Shown piece by piece: positions 19,320-27,290 of a stretch of DNA of 64,000 nucleotides; the first letter of the stretch is position 1, and each line of letters begins with the position of its first letter. The stretch lies in contig JBILLK010000037.1 in NCBI GenBank assembly GCA_044376115.1, positions 1-64,000 on the forward strand. Direction: 5' to 3'. The DNA is from Polyangiaceae bacterium. Its GTDB lineage: Bacteria > Myxococcota_A > Polyangia > Polyangiales > Polyangiaceae. Under the pieces are notes generated by a model. It was not told the origin of the DNA, made no database searches, and was given only the letters and a program-made list of their open reading frames with translations. A program made the position numbers and the translations under genes.

Positions 19320-20524
19320 GCCTGCAAACATTCCGTGGGCAAACGCTTGAAGAAGCCCGAAAGTCCGCTGAGCGTACGCTTGGTAAAGACTATGTCGTTG
19401 TCTCCACCAAGAAGCTAGAAAAGCCCACCCTCTTTGGCTTCTCCAGCTCTCTCGAGTTCGAGATTACGGCAGCGCCCAAGACGAACCTGCTCGCGCCGCC
19501 ACCCGAGCGTACCCACCCCTTCTCCCCCATGGCTCGCTATGGCGCAGAGGTGGCTACCCAAGAGGTGGACGCCATCCGTTCGGAGGTCCGCAATGAGGTG
19601 CGCGCCCTGCGCAACTTGTTTGCTCGTACCCAGCCCGAGGACCGCGGAATCGAGCCCTTTGCTAAGGAGATCGAGGCGGAGCTCGGCCTCGTTCAGGAGA
19701 TGCTCCTGGATATTCAGGCTGATCGTGAACGAGAGCCTTCACAGCATCTCAAGCGGCTGCTGACCAGCACCGGGATTGAGGGGCAGTCGGCAAGAGCCGT
19801 CGCCCGCATGGTGCGTGAACGCGGGGACGATATGGCAGTAGCCGAGTCCTTCAAAGCCGTTCTCTGCGAGGTCGTCCGAACGACCAGCTTTCCGCTGTCT
19901 GCCGAAGGTCGCGTCATCGTGTCATTGGTCGGCCCTACCGGCGTAGGTAAGACCACCACGGCAGCGAAGCTCGCCGCCTTCGCCATCATCGAGCAGAAGC
20001 GTTCGGTCACGCTCATTTCGTCCGATAGCTTCCGCGTGGGCGCGGCTCCGCAGCTCGAGCGCTTCGCTCAGATCCTGGGAGCTGAATTCAGGCTGGTAAA
20101 GACTCGGCACGGGCTCGAGGAGGCGCTGGTAACTGCCAATACCGACGTCATCATCATCGATACGGCGGGGCGCCCCGACGGTCGCGACGACATTGAGATG
20201 TCGCTCTCCAAGGTTGGTAAGCACCTCGAGGCCACTCGCCGAACGCTGCTGTGCGTCCCGGCTGCGTTGCGAGAGGTGGATGCTCGCAGGCTGGCGCGCA
20301 ACTTTGCGCCCTGTCAGCCAAGCGAACTGTGCATTACCAAACTTGACGAGACCTCCGCACCCAGCGGCCTCGTACATGCTCCGTTCGCGTCGAAGTTGCC
20401 GATCTCAACGCTTTGCTTTGGTCAGCGTGTCCCCGAGGACTTTGCGCCGGCCCACCCGAAGGCGATCATCGACGCCCTCGCTAGTTCAACGAAGCGAAGC
20501 CCGGCGAAGCCGGTGCCGTCGTGA
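19316..20524 (+). CDS. flhF: SRP-type GTPase FlhF
   Basis: GPTGVGKTTTAAKLAA, DSFRVGA, DTAGR, TKLDET, GQRVPED; ATGA overlap with flhA. Confidence 0.93.
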   Translation: MSLQTFRGQTLEEARKSAERTLGKDYVVVSTKKLEKPTLFGFSSSLEFEITAAPKTNLLAPPPERTHPFSPMARYGAEVATQEVDAIRSEVRNEVRALRNLFARTQPEDRGIEPFAKEIEAELGLVQEMLLDIQADREREPSQHLKRLLTSTGIEGQSARAVARMVRERGDDMAVAESFKAVLCEVVRTTSFPLSAEGRVIVSLVGPTGVGKTTTAAKLAAFAIIEQKRSVTLISSDSFRVGAAPQLERFAQILGAEFRLVKTRHGLEEALVTANTDVIIIDTAGRPDGRDDIEMSLSKVGKHLEATRRTLLCVPAALREVDARRLARNFAPCQPSELCITKLDETSAPSGLVHAPFASKLPISTLCFGQRVPEDFAPAHPKAIIDALASSTKRSPAKPVPS

Positions 20525-21204
20525 CCGACAGCGTTCCGGCCGAAGTCTCGACCAAGCGCACACTGTCGCGAGCAGAGTTCCAGGAGTATTCGCCACTAAT
20601 TCGTAAACAGGCCATCGTGCTCGCTCGTCGAGCTCCGCCGGGCATCAGCGTCTCCGACCTATGCGTTCGGGGGTTTTCGGGCTTGTTTGAGGCGCTCGGC
20701 TCAGCCAAGGCGCTCGCGCCAGACATGGACCTTCACGAGTATGTGATGGCCCGTGTGCGCAACGCCATGGTTGAGCAGATCCAAATGGCGAATCCAGGGG
20801 TGGCTGAGGTTCGCGCACAGTCACGTCAGATCGCGCGTGCCATGAAGCTCCTGGGGGCGGGCACGGCGACCTCCGAGGCGATCGCCAGCGCGCTCAAGCT
20901 CAGCCTGTCCGACTACGACCGGATGCTGCAAACCATTTGGGAGGCAGGCATCGCGCGTATCGAAGTACTCCCGTTTGACCGCGTCGGTCCGGTGGTCAGC
21001 GGCATCGACACTACCCCTGTAGCCACGCTTACGTTCGCGGTGGAAGCGCTGCCGCAGCCCAGTCAGCGGGTGCTCATGTTGGTCTACCAGGCTGACTGTT
21101 CGTTGGCAGAAGCGGCGTTGGTTCTCGGTTGGTCTGAGAGCCGTGCAATCGCCACGTACACCGAGGCGATTCACCGGGTGCGCGCACTCATCGGAAAGGA
21201 ATGA
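20521..21204 (+). CDS. fliA: Divergent FliA/sigma-28-like factor
   Basis: YSPLIRKQA..LARRAP...SDL...G..GL.EA; EALPQPSQRVLMLVY...SLAEAALVLGWSESR; position after flhF. Region 2.4/3 motifs are degenerate. Confidence 0.75.
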   Translation: MTDSVPAEVSTKRTLSRAEFQEYSPLIRKQAIVLARRAPPGISVSDLCVRGFSGLFEALGSAKALAPDMDLHEYVMARVRNAMVEQIQMANPGVAEVRAQSRQIARAMKLLGAGTATSEAIASALKLSLSDYDRMLQTIWEAGIARIEVLPFDRVGPVVSGIDTTPVATLTFAVEALPQPSQRVLMLVYQADCSLAEAALVLGWSESRAIATYTEAIHRVRALIGKE

Positions 21205-21205
21205 T

Positions 21206-21928
21206 ATGTCCAAGGGAGTCTATTCAGCGTTGAGTGGAGCCGTAGCTGCGTCTGTCCAGCTCGACACCACCGCTCAGAATCTGGCCAATGCCGGTACTGC
21301 CGGCTACAGGCGCCTTCGCCCGCTGTTTCGCGAGGCGCTTGCTGACGCCAGCGCACAAGGCCGCGATGCCACGACGCGCTTTTCGGCGCCGGCAGGTACT
21401 GTCATCGATATGTCGCCAGGCGTCATGCGGGCGACGGGCCGTGCGCTTGACATCGTCCCACCGCAGGAGAGCTTCCTCGCGGTCTCCACGCCGCGCGGGG
21501 AGCGCTACTCGCGTGCTGGCGCTATTGAGCAATCCGCTTCAGGAGAACTGCTGGTAGCTGGTCACGCGCTGCTCGACGAGAACGGTCAACCGATTGTCGT
21601 TGATCCGTCAAAAACTGCCACGGTGTCCGAGGACGGACAGGTGTTTTCGGGCGGAGAGCCCTTGGCACGAATCAAGCTTGTGTCCTTTCGTGAGCCTGGA
21701 GCGCTCTCCCCTGAGGGAGCAACGCTCTACGCGAGCTCTGCCGGTTCCGGCGGACCGGAAGCGGCCTCAGGCCAATACCGCGTCGGAGAGCTCGAAGATT
21801 CCAACGCGACGCCTGTGGTCGCCATGACTGAACTGCTCACGACCTCTCGCATCTTTGACGCCTACCAACGAGCAATTGACACGTTCCGCGATGCGGATCG
21901 CCGCATCGTTAAAGTTCCCGAAACCTAA
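21206..21928 (+). CDS. flgF: Flagellar basal-body rod protein FlgF (FlgEFG family)
   Basis: MSKGVYSALSG...AQNLANAGTAGY, TGRALD, ERYSRAG, LEDSN...MTELL. Confidence 0.85.
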   Translation: MSKGVYSALSGAVAASVQLDTTAQNLANAGTAGYRRLRPLFREALADASAQGRDATTRFSAPAGTVIDMSPGVMRATGRALDIVPPQESFLAVSTPRGERYSRAGAIEQSASGELLVAGHALLDENGQPIVVDPSKTATVSEDGQVFSGGEPLARIKLVSFREPGALSPEGATLYASSAGSGGPEAASGQYRVGELEDSNATPVVAMTELLTTSRIFDAYQRAIDTFRDADRRIVKVPET

Positions 21929-21932
21929 TCAA

Positions 21933-21958
21933 CCAAGTTTTCTCGTCCGCGCCGATTG
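21933..21958 (+). promoter_or_regulatory. Candidate sigma-28 promoter of fliC1
   Basis: CCAAGTTT-N10-GCCGATTG versus consensus TAAAGTTT-N11-GCCGATAA. Confidence 0.55.
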
Positions 21959-22016
21959 TGAAGGGCCGGCGAGTCATTTCACCGCAATCCATCATCATTA
22001 GCAGGAGCCAAAGACC

Positions 22017-22850
22017 ATGGCGCTTTACGTCAATACGAATGTCCCTTCGCTCGAAGCCCAGCGCAGCCTCTCCATGAACTCGGCTGCTCAGGCCACTACC
22101 TATCAACGGCTCTCGAGCGGTCTACGCATCAATACGGCTGCCGACGACGCTGCCGGCCTCGCCATCGCCGAACAGATGCAGGGCGACATCCGCTCCTACA
22201 CCATGGCGGAGCGCAACACCAACAACGCGGTCAGCATGGTGCAGACGGCGGAAGGCGCCCTCGGACAGGTCTCGACCATCCTCCAGCGACTTCGCGAGTT
22301 GACGGTTCAGGCCTCCAACGGCGATATGGCCGCAACCGACCGTGGCTACCTCGATCAGGAGTTCACCGCCCTCAAGGAGGAGATCAACCGCATCTTCGAC
22401 AACACCAAGTTCAACGGTAAGAACCTGCTCGCTGGCGTGGCCACGACGATCGACTTCCAGGTCGGTATCGACAACACCACCAGTGATCGCCTTTCGGTTG
22501 TCTTCGGTGGTCAGTCGCTCACCACCCTCGGCATCAACGCCTCGACGCTCGCCGGCGCAACCGCCGTCAACGCCAATGCCGCGATCAGCGCGGTGGATTC
22601 GGCGATCAGCGCTACCAACACCCTGCGTGCTGGCTTCGGCGCCTCGCTCAATCGTCTGTCGGTTACGGTCTCCAACCTGCAGTCGATGCGCACCAACCTC
22701 TCAGCCGCTCACGGTCGCATCCGTGACGTCGACGTGGCTGAAGAGACCAGCAAGATGGCTCGTCAGCAGGTGCTGATGCAGGCAGCAACCTCCATTCTTT
22801 CGCAAGCCAACCAGTCACCCCAGCTTGCACTCAGCCTGCTCAAGGGCTGA
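22017..22850 (+). CDS. fliC: Flagellin 1 (277 aa, minimal D0/D1 type)
   Basis: MALYVNTN, RLSSGLRINTAADDAAGLAI, QTAEGAL, RIRDVDVAEE, QANQSPQLALSLL. Confidence 0.98.
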   Translation: MALYVNTNVPSLEAQRSLSMNSAAQATTYQRLSSGLRINTAADDAAGLAIAEQMQGDIRSYTMAERNTNNAVSMVQTAEGALGQVSTILQRLRELTVQASNGDMAATDRGYLDQEFTALKEEINRIFDNTKFNGKNLLAGVATTIDFQVGIDNTTSDRLSVVFGGQSLTTLGINASTLAGATAVNANAAISAVDSAISATNTLRAGFGASLNRLSVTVSNLQSMRTNLSAAHGRIRDVDVAEETSKMARQQVLMQAATSILSQANQSPQLALSLLKG

Positions 22851-22914
22851 GCTCGAGCGCGGCTCATGAGCCGATTGCGAAGATGCAACTCTCTCGTTGA
22901 AGGAGCACGTAGTC

Positions 22915-23625
22915 ATGCGTGTTAGGTTCGATAACAGAATTCCGGTGGTTCCCAGCCACCGGCCGGAACACGGTGCTCGAGAAGTTGCGCCCCGCCACAC
23001 CTCGATGTCCCCCGGCGAGATCCGCCGGGCCATCGCAACTGCTCATCAAAATTTGCGCGGAGGGACGATTCCGCCGCAACTGCTCGATGTGCTTTCGGCG
23101 CAGGTCTGTCACGAGACCGGACATGGCGCCAGCATGTACAACTTCAACTTCGGCGGCATCAAAGGCACTAGCCCCGAAGGCACTACCGCCCGACTCAAGA
23201 CCCGCGAGGTCTTGAGTGGGAAGGAAGTCTCTCTCACCGACGGGTTCCGGGCCTATTCGAACCCAGTTGCTGGCGCTACTGATTATCTGCTCTTCCTGGA
23301 GCGGCGGTTCCCCAATGCCGTGGATGCCGCTCGGGAGGGGGATGTCGACTCCTTCGTACGCAGCCTCAAGTCAGGCAGCTACTTCACGGCCGACGCCGAC
23401 CTTTACGCATCATCGATGCGTGGAATCCTCTCTGGAGGCTTCGACGGCGAGCGGTCGCACTATGAGCCCATGGCCTCGCCTCAGCGAAGGAACCTCGCGT
23501 CCTTCGCTGATGGCACGGGCTCCGATCTCGCTAATTATCCTACCTCGGCTGCAGTAGCGCGCGTCCTCGACGCGGTGGCTGCGGCCTCGGTGGACCTTGC
23601 GGCACCCGCTCCCGAGGAGGCTTAA
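22915..23625 (+). CDS. Stand-alone GH73 (FlgJ C-terminal-like) peptidoglycan hydrolase
   Basis: AQVCHETGHG (catalytic Glu), FNFGGIKG, TRE, FRAY, DY, YFTAD (YxTD-like); SD AGGAG at 22901; no FlgJ rod-cap domain visible. Confidence 0.8.
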   Translation: MRVRFDNRIPVVPSHRPEHGAREVAPRHTSMSPGEIRRAIATAHQNLRGGTIPPQLLDVLSAQVCHETGHGASMYNFNFGGIKGTSPEGTTARLKTREVLSGKEVSLTDGFRAYSNPVAGATDYLLFLERRFPNAVDAAREGDVDSFVRSLKSGSYFTADADLYASSMRGILSGGFDGERSHYEPMASPQRRNLASFADGTGSDLANYPTSAAVARVLDAVAAASVDLAAPAPEEA

Positions 23626-23649
23626 AGGGCCCTCGGCGGGTGCCGTACT
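23623..23649 (+). promoter_or_regulatory. Candidate sigma-28 promoter of fliC2
   Basis: TAAA-N15-GCCGTACT (consensus TAAA-N15-GCCGATAA); -35 overlaps the upstream TAA stop. Confidence 0.6.
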
Positions 23650-23720
23650 CAGGTGTGACGCATATGGCAGCGTCGCCGGCATGAAGCCGAAAAAAAAACT
23701 CCAAGGAAGGAGCCTGACAC

Positions 23721-24551
23721 ATGGCACTCTACATCAATACCAACGTCGCCTCTCTCGAAGCACAGTCCAACCTCTCGAAGACGCAAAAAGATCAAGCAAC
23801 GAACTTTCAGCGCCTGTCGAGCGGCATGCGTATCAACAGTGCAGCGGATGACGCCGCTGGCCTGGCGATCAAAGAGAACCTCAACGCGCAGGTGAAGAGC
23901 TTCTCGGTCGCCGAACGCAACTCCAACAACGCAATCAGTATGGCGCAGACTGCAGAGTCGGCGCTGGGCCAAGTGGGCTCGATTCTGACGCGTATGCGCG
24001 AGCTGGCGGTTCAAGGCGCCAACGGCGACCTCGGGGCGACGGATCGTGGCTACCTGGACACGGAGTTCCAGAGCCTTCGCAGTGAAATCACGCGTATCAG
24101 TGACTCGACGATCTTCAATAGCAAGCAACTCTTGTCCGGCGCAGCGACCACCATCACCTTCCAGGTTGGTATCAACAACACCACGAGCGATCGTATCGAC
24201 GTCTCGTTCGGCGGTGTGGATCTTACCGCCCTGGGTCTCGCAGCGACCAACGTGGCAGGCGCCACCGCCGCAACCTCGCAAGCTGCAATCACGTCGATCG
24301 ATTCGGCCATCAGCACTGTTTCTTCGCGTAGAGCGAGCTTCGGTGCGTCGATGAACCGTCTCTCGACAACCGTTTCTAACCTTCAGTCGATGCGGACCAA
24401 CATGTCAGCTGCCCATAGCCGTATTGCGGACGTGGACGTAGCTGAAGAGACCGCGTCGATGGCACGTAACCAGGTTCTCTCGCAGGCAGCGGTCTCTGTG
24501 CTTTCACAAGCCAATCAGTCCCCGCAGCTAGCTTTGAGCCTACTCCGGTAG
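23721..24551 (+). CDS. fliC: Flagellin 2 (276 aa)
   Basis: MALYINTN, RLSSGMRINSAADDAAGLAI, RIADVDVAEE, QANQSPQLALSLL; SD AAGGAG. Confidence 0.98.
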   Translation: MALYINTNVASLEAQSNLSKTQKDQATNFQRLSSGMRINSAADDAAGLAIKENLNAQVKSFSVAERNSNNAISMAQTAESALGQVGSILTRMRELAVQGANGDLGATDRGYLDTEFQSLRSEITRISDSTIFNSKQLLSGAATTITFQVGINNTTSDRIDVSFGGVDLTALGLAATNVAGATAATSQAAITSIDSAISTVSSRRASFGASMNRLSTTVSNLQSMRTNMSAAHSRIADVDVAEETASMARNQVLSQAAVSVLSQANQSPQLALSLLR

Positions 24552-24585
24552 TCGTCGGCGAAGCGCCGAGACACCGTTGGGAAAA

Positions 24586-24644
24586 GGGGCGCCATGAAGG
24601 CGCCCCGCCCAAATCTTCTTTAAACCCTGCTCTTTGCAGGGTTT
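24586..24644 (+). terminator. Hairpins after fliC2 (possible terminator/attenuator; repeated after fliC3)
   Basis: GGGGCGCC-ATGAA-GGCGCCCC followed by a pyrimidine-rich run, then AAACCCTGC-TCTTT-GCAGGGTTT. Confidence 0.5.
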
Positions 24645-24687
24645 GGCGCATGGCGCCTCAACTAATTGCCTCATAGGGGATGCACTA

Positions 24688-24867
24688 ATGTCTGTGCTTA
24701 CGTTCGGTGGACTAGCTTCGGGACTCGACAACAATGCGATTGTCGACGCTCTCGTCGCTTCCGAGCGAACCTCCTCAGCTCCTACGTCGGCAGCCGTGGC
24801 TCGTGTTCAAGGCGCTGCAGCTAAGGTTTCGGCAGGCCTAACGGCACCCGCTCCCAAGGAGGCTTAA
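24688..24867 (+). CDS. 59-aa chimeric micro-ORF: FliD N-terminus fused to the GH73 protein C-terminal tail
   Basis: MSVLTFGGLASGLDNNAIVDALVASER (matches FliD 1-27) + TSSA + PTSAAVARVQGAAAKVSAGLTAPAPKEA (matches the last 28 aa of the GH73 protein); could be a pseudogene. Confidence 0.6.
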   Translation: MSVLTFGGLASGLDNNAIVDALVASERTSSAPTSAAVARVQGAAAKVSAGLTAPAPKEA

Positions 24868-24890
24868 GGCCACTCAGCGGGTGCCGTAAT
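24864..24890 (+). promoter_or_regulatory. Candidate sigma-28 promoter of fliC3
   Basis: TTAA-N15-GCCGTAAT, paralogous to the fliC2 site. Confidence 0.55.
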
Positions 24891-24959
24891 CAGATGTGAC
24901 GCCTGACAGCGTCGCCGGCATGAAGCCGAAAAAACAACTCCAAGGAAGGAGCCTGACAT

Positions 24960-25790
24960 ATGGCACTTTACATCAATACCAACGTCGCCTCTCTCGAAGC
25001 ACAATCCAACCTCTCGAAGACGCAGAAAGATCAAGCAACGAACTTTCAGCGCCTGTCGAGCGGCATGCGTATCAACAGTGCTGCAGATGACGCCGCTGGC
25101 CTGGCGATCAAAGAGAACCTCAACGCTCAGGTGAAGAGCTTCTCGGTCGCGGAACGCAACTCCAACAACGCAATCAGTATGGCGCAGACTGCAGAGTCCG
25201 CGCTAGGCCAAGTTGGCTCGATCCTGACGCGTATGCGCGAGTTGGCGGTTCAAGGCTCCAACGGCGATCTCGGGGCGACGGACCGCGGCTTTCTGGACAC
25301 GGAGTTCCAGAGCCTTCGCAGTGAAATCACGCGTATCAGTGACTCGACGATCTTCAACAGCAAGCAACTCTTGTCTGGCGCAGCTACCACCATCACCTTC
25401 CAGGTCGGTATCAACAACACCACGAGCGATCGTATCGACGTCTCCTTCGGCGGTGTGGATCTTGCCGCACTGGGTATCGCAGCCACCAACGTTTCGGGCG
25501 CTACGGCTACGAACTCACAGGCTGCAATCACGTCGATCGATACGGCCATCAGCACTGTTTCTTCGCGTAGAGCGAGCTTCGGTGCGTCGATGAACCGTCT
25601 CTCGACAACCGTTTCTAACCTCCAGTCGATGCGGACCAACATGTCAGCTGCCCATAGCCGTATTGCGGACGTGGACGTAGCTGAAGAGACCGCGTCGATG
25701 GCACGTAACCAGGTTCTCTCGCAGGCAGCGGTCTCTGTGCTTTCACAAGCCAATCAGTCCCCGCAGTTGGCCTTGAGCCTACTCCGGTAG
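24960..25790 (+). CDS. fliC: Flagellin 3 (276 aa, near-identical to flagellin 2)
   Basis: Same motifs; 8 amino-acid differences from flagellin 2 by manual comparison. Confidence 0.98.
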   Translation: MALYINTNVASLEAQSNLSKTQKDQATNFQRLSSGMRINSAADDAAGLAIKENLNAQVKSFSVAERNSNNAISMAQTAESALGQVGSILTRMRELAVQGSNGDLGATDRGFLDTEFQSLRSEITRISDSTIFNSKQLLSGAATTITFQVGINNTTSDRIDVSFGGVDLAALGIAATNVSGATATNSQAAITSIDTAISTVSSRRASFGASMNRLSTTVSNLQSMRTNMSAAHSRIADVDVAEETASMARNQVLSQAAVSVLSQANQSPQLALSLLR

Positions 25791-25926
25791 TCGTCGGCGA
25801 ATCGCCGAGACACCGTTGGGAAAAGGGGCGCCATGAAGGCGCCCCGCCCAAACCTTCTGTTCTAACCCCTGCTCTTGCAGGGTTCGGCGCAAAGCGCCTC
25901 AACGCATACGTCTTGGGGAGGCACTA

Positions 25927-27273
25927 ATGTCTGTGCTCACGTTCGGTGGACTTGCTTCGGGACTCGATACAAATGCGATTATCGACGCTCTCGTCTCTGC
26001 CGAGCGAATTCCCATCACTCGCGCGAAGAACCAACAGACGTCGCTCAATTCAGCGTTGACGACAATCAATGGGATCTCTTCAAAGCTCGGCACGCTGAAG
26101 TCCGCCGCACAGGCGCTCTCGACTTCGCTCGGTTTTTCCTCCTTCAAGGCGACCTCTTCGGACTCTGCAGTCGTCACCTCGGTGGGCGGTGTAGCCTCAC
26201 CTGGCTCGTTTGAGTTAACCGTCAATCAGCTCGCCAAAGAGCAACGCACCTACTCCAATGCCGTTGGCTCGAGTACCTCGGCGCTGAACATGGCCGGGAC
26301 ACTGGACCTTCAGGTCGGTGGGGGCGCGGTTCAGTCCCTCAGCATATTGGCTACGGATTCGCTCACCGATATCGCCTCCAAGATCAATGGGAGCGGGCTA
26401 CGTGTAGGAGCCTCGGTGCTCTACGACGGAACCAATTATAAGCTCCAAGTGCGAGGTCTCGATACCGGAGCGGCGAACACGGTTCAGATGACCGAGACCG
26501 GCTTCTCGCTCGGCTTGAACGTCCCCGCAAATACCGTGCAGTCCGCCAGTAACTCCCAAGTGACGATCGACGGCAATCTCATCTCCCGTCCTACCAATCA
26601 GGTCGTCGGCGTCATACCGGGCGTCACACTCGCGCTGACCAAAGTTACGGCCTCACCAGTAACCATCCAGGTCGAGCCGGATCCGGACTCCCTGAAGACC
26701 AAGATCAAGTCCTTCGTGACGGCCTACAACGATGTTGTTACCAGCTCTCAGACAGCTTCGGGCTGGGGCAATACCAAACCAGGAAATACTGCGCTCGCTG
26801 CAGATTCGACCCTGCGCTCGGTACTCGACAAGCTGGCATCTTCGGTGGGCAACGTGGTTCCCGGTACCAGCGGGCTTTACACGACACTCGGCAGCGTCGG
26901 CCTTTCGAGCAATCGCGACGGCAAGCTGCAGCTCGATGAAGCCAAGCTCAGCACGGCTCTTACGGCCAACCCGAGCGCGGTCACCAAACTGTTCGTCAAG
27001 GACAGCTTCTTGGGCTCCACCGGAGCGATGGACGGTGTGATGACGTTGGTTGATCAGCTTGCGACCAACAGCAATTCGCTGCTCAAGGCCAAGTCCGATT
27101 CACTGTCGAACCAATCCAAGCGGCTCGATGATGACATCGCCGCCTCTGAGCGCCGCGCTGAGCTCATGGAGCGGCAGTTGCGCGAGCGGTTTACGGCGCT
27201 CGAGATGTTGGTCACCCAGTACAAATCTCAGGGCAACGCTCTCGCGGGATTGCCCAGTACCAACAATAGTTAG
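25927..27273 (+). CDS. fliD: Flagellar filament cap FliD
   Basis: GLASGLDTNAIIDALVSAER, LTVNQLAK, VIPGVTLAL, KIKSFVTAYND, C-terminal coiled coil RFTALE. Confidence 0.95.
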   Translation: MSVLTFGGLASGLDTNAIIDALVSAERIPITRAKNQQTSLNSALTTINGISSKLGTLKSAAQALSTSLGFSSFKATSSDSAVVTSVGGVASPGSFELTVNQLAKEQRTYSNAVGSSTSALNMAGTLDLQVGGGAVQSLSILATDSLTDIASKINGSGLRVGASVLYDGTNYKLQVRGLDTGAANTVQMTETGFSLGLNVPANTVQSASNSQVTIDGNLISRPTNQVVGVIPGVTLALTKVTASPVTIQVEPDPDSLKTKIKSFVTAYNDVVTSSQTASGWGNTKPGNTALAADSTLRSVLDKLASSVGNVVPGTSGLYTTLGSVGLSSNRDGKLQLDEAKLSTALTANPSAVTKLFVKDSFLGSTGAMDGVMTLVDQLATNSNSLLKAKSDSLSNQSKRLDDDIAASERRAELMERQLRERFTALEMLVTQYKSQGNALAGLPSTNNS

Positions 27274-27290
27274 TCGGAGACGAGGTAATC

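Larger units (their letters stand above)
23539..24768. repeat. Tandem duplication unit 1 (GH73 tail + promoter + fliC + spacer + fliD 5' end)
   Basis: Colinear with 24781-26007; offset 1239 nt at both the fliC starts (23721/24960) and the fliD-like starts (24688/25927). Confidence 0.93.
24781..26007. repeat. Tandem duplication unit 2
   Basis: Colinear with 23539-24768; continues into intact fliD. Confidence 0.93.
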
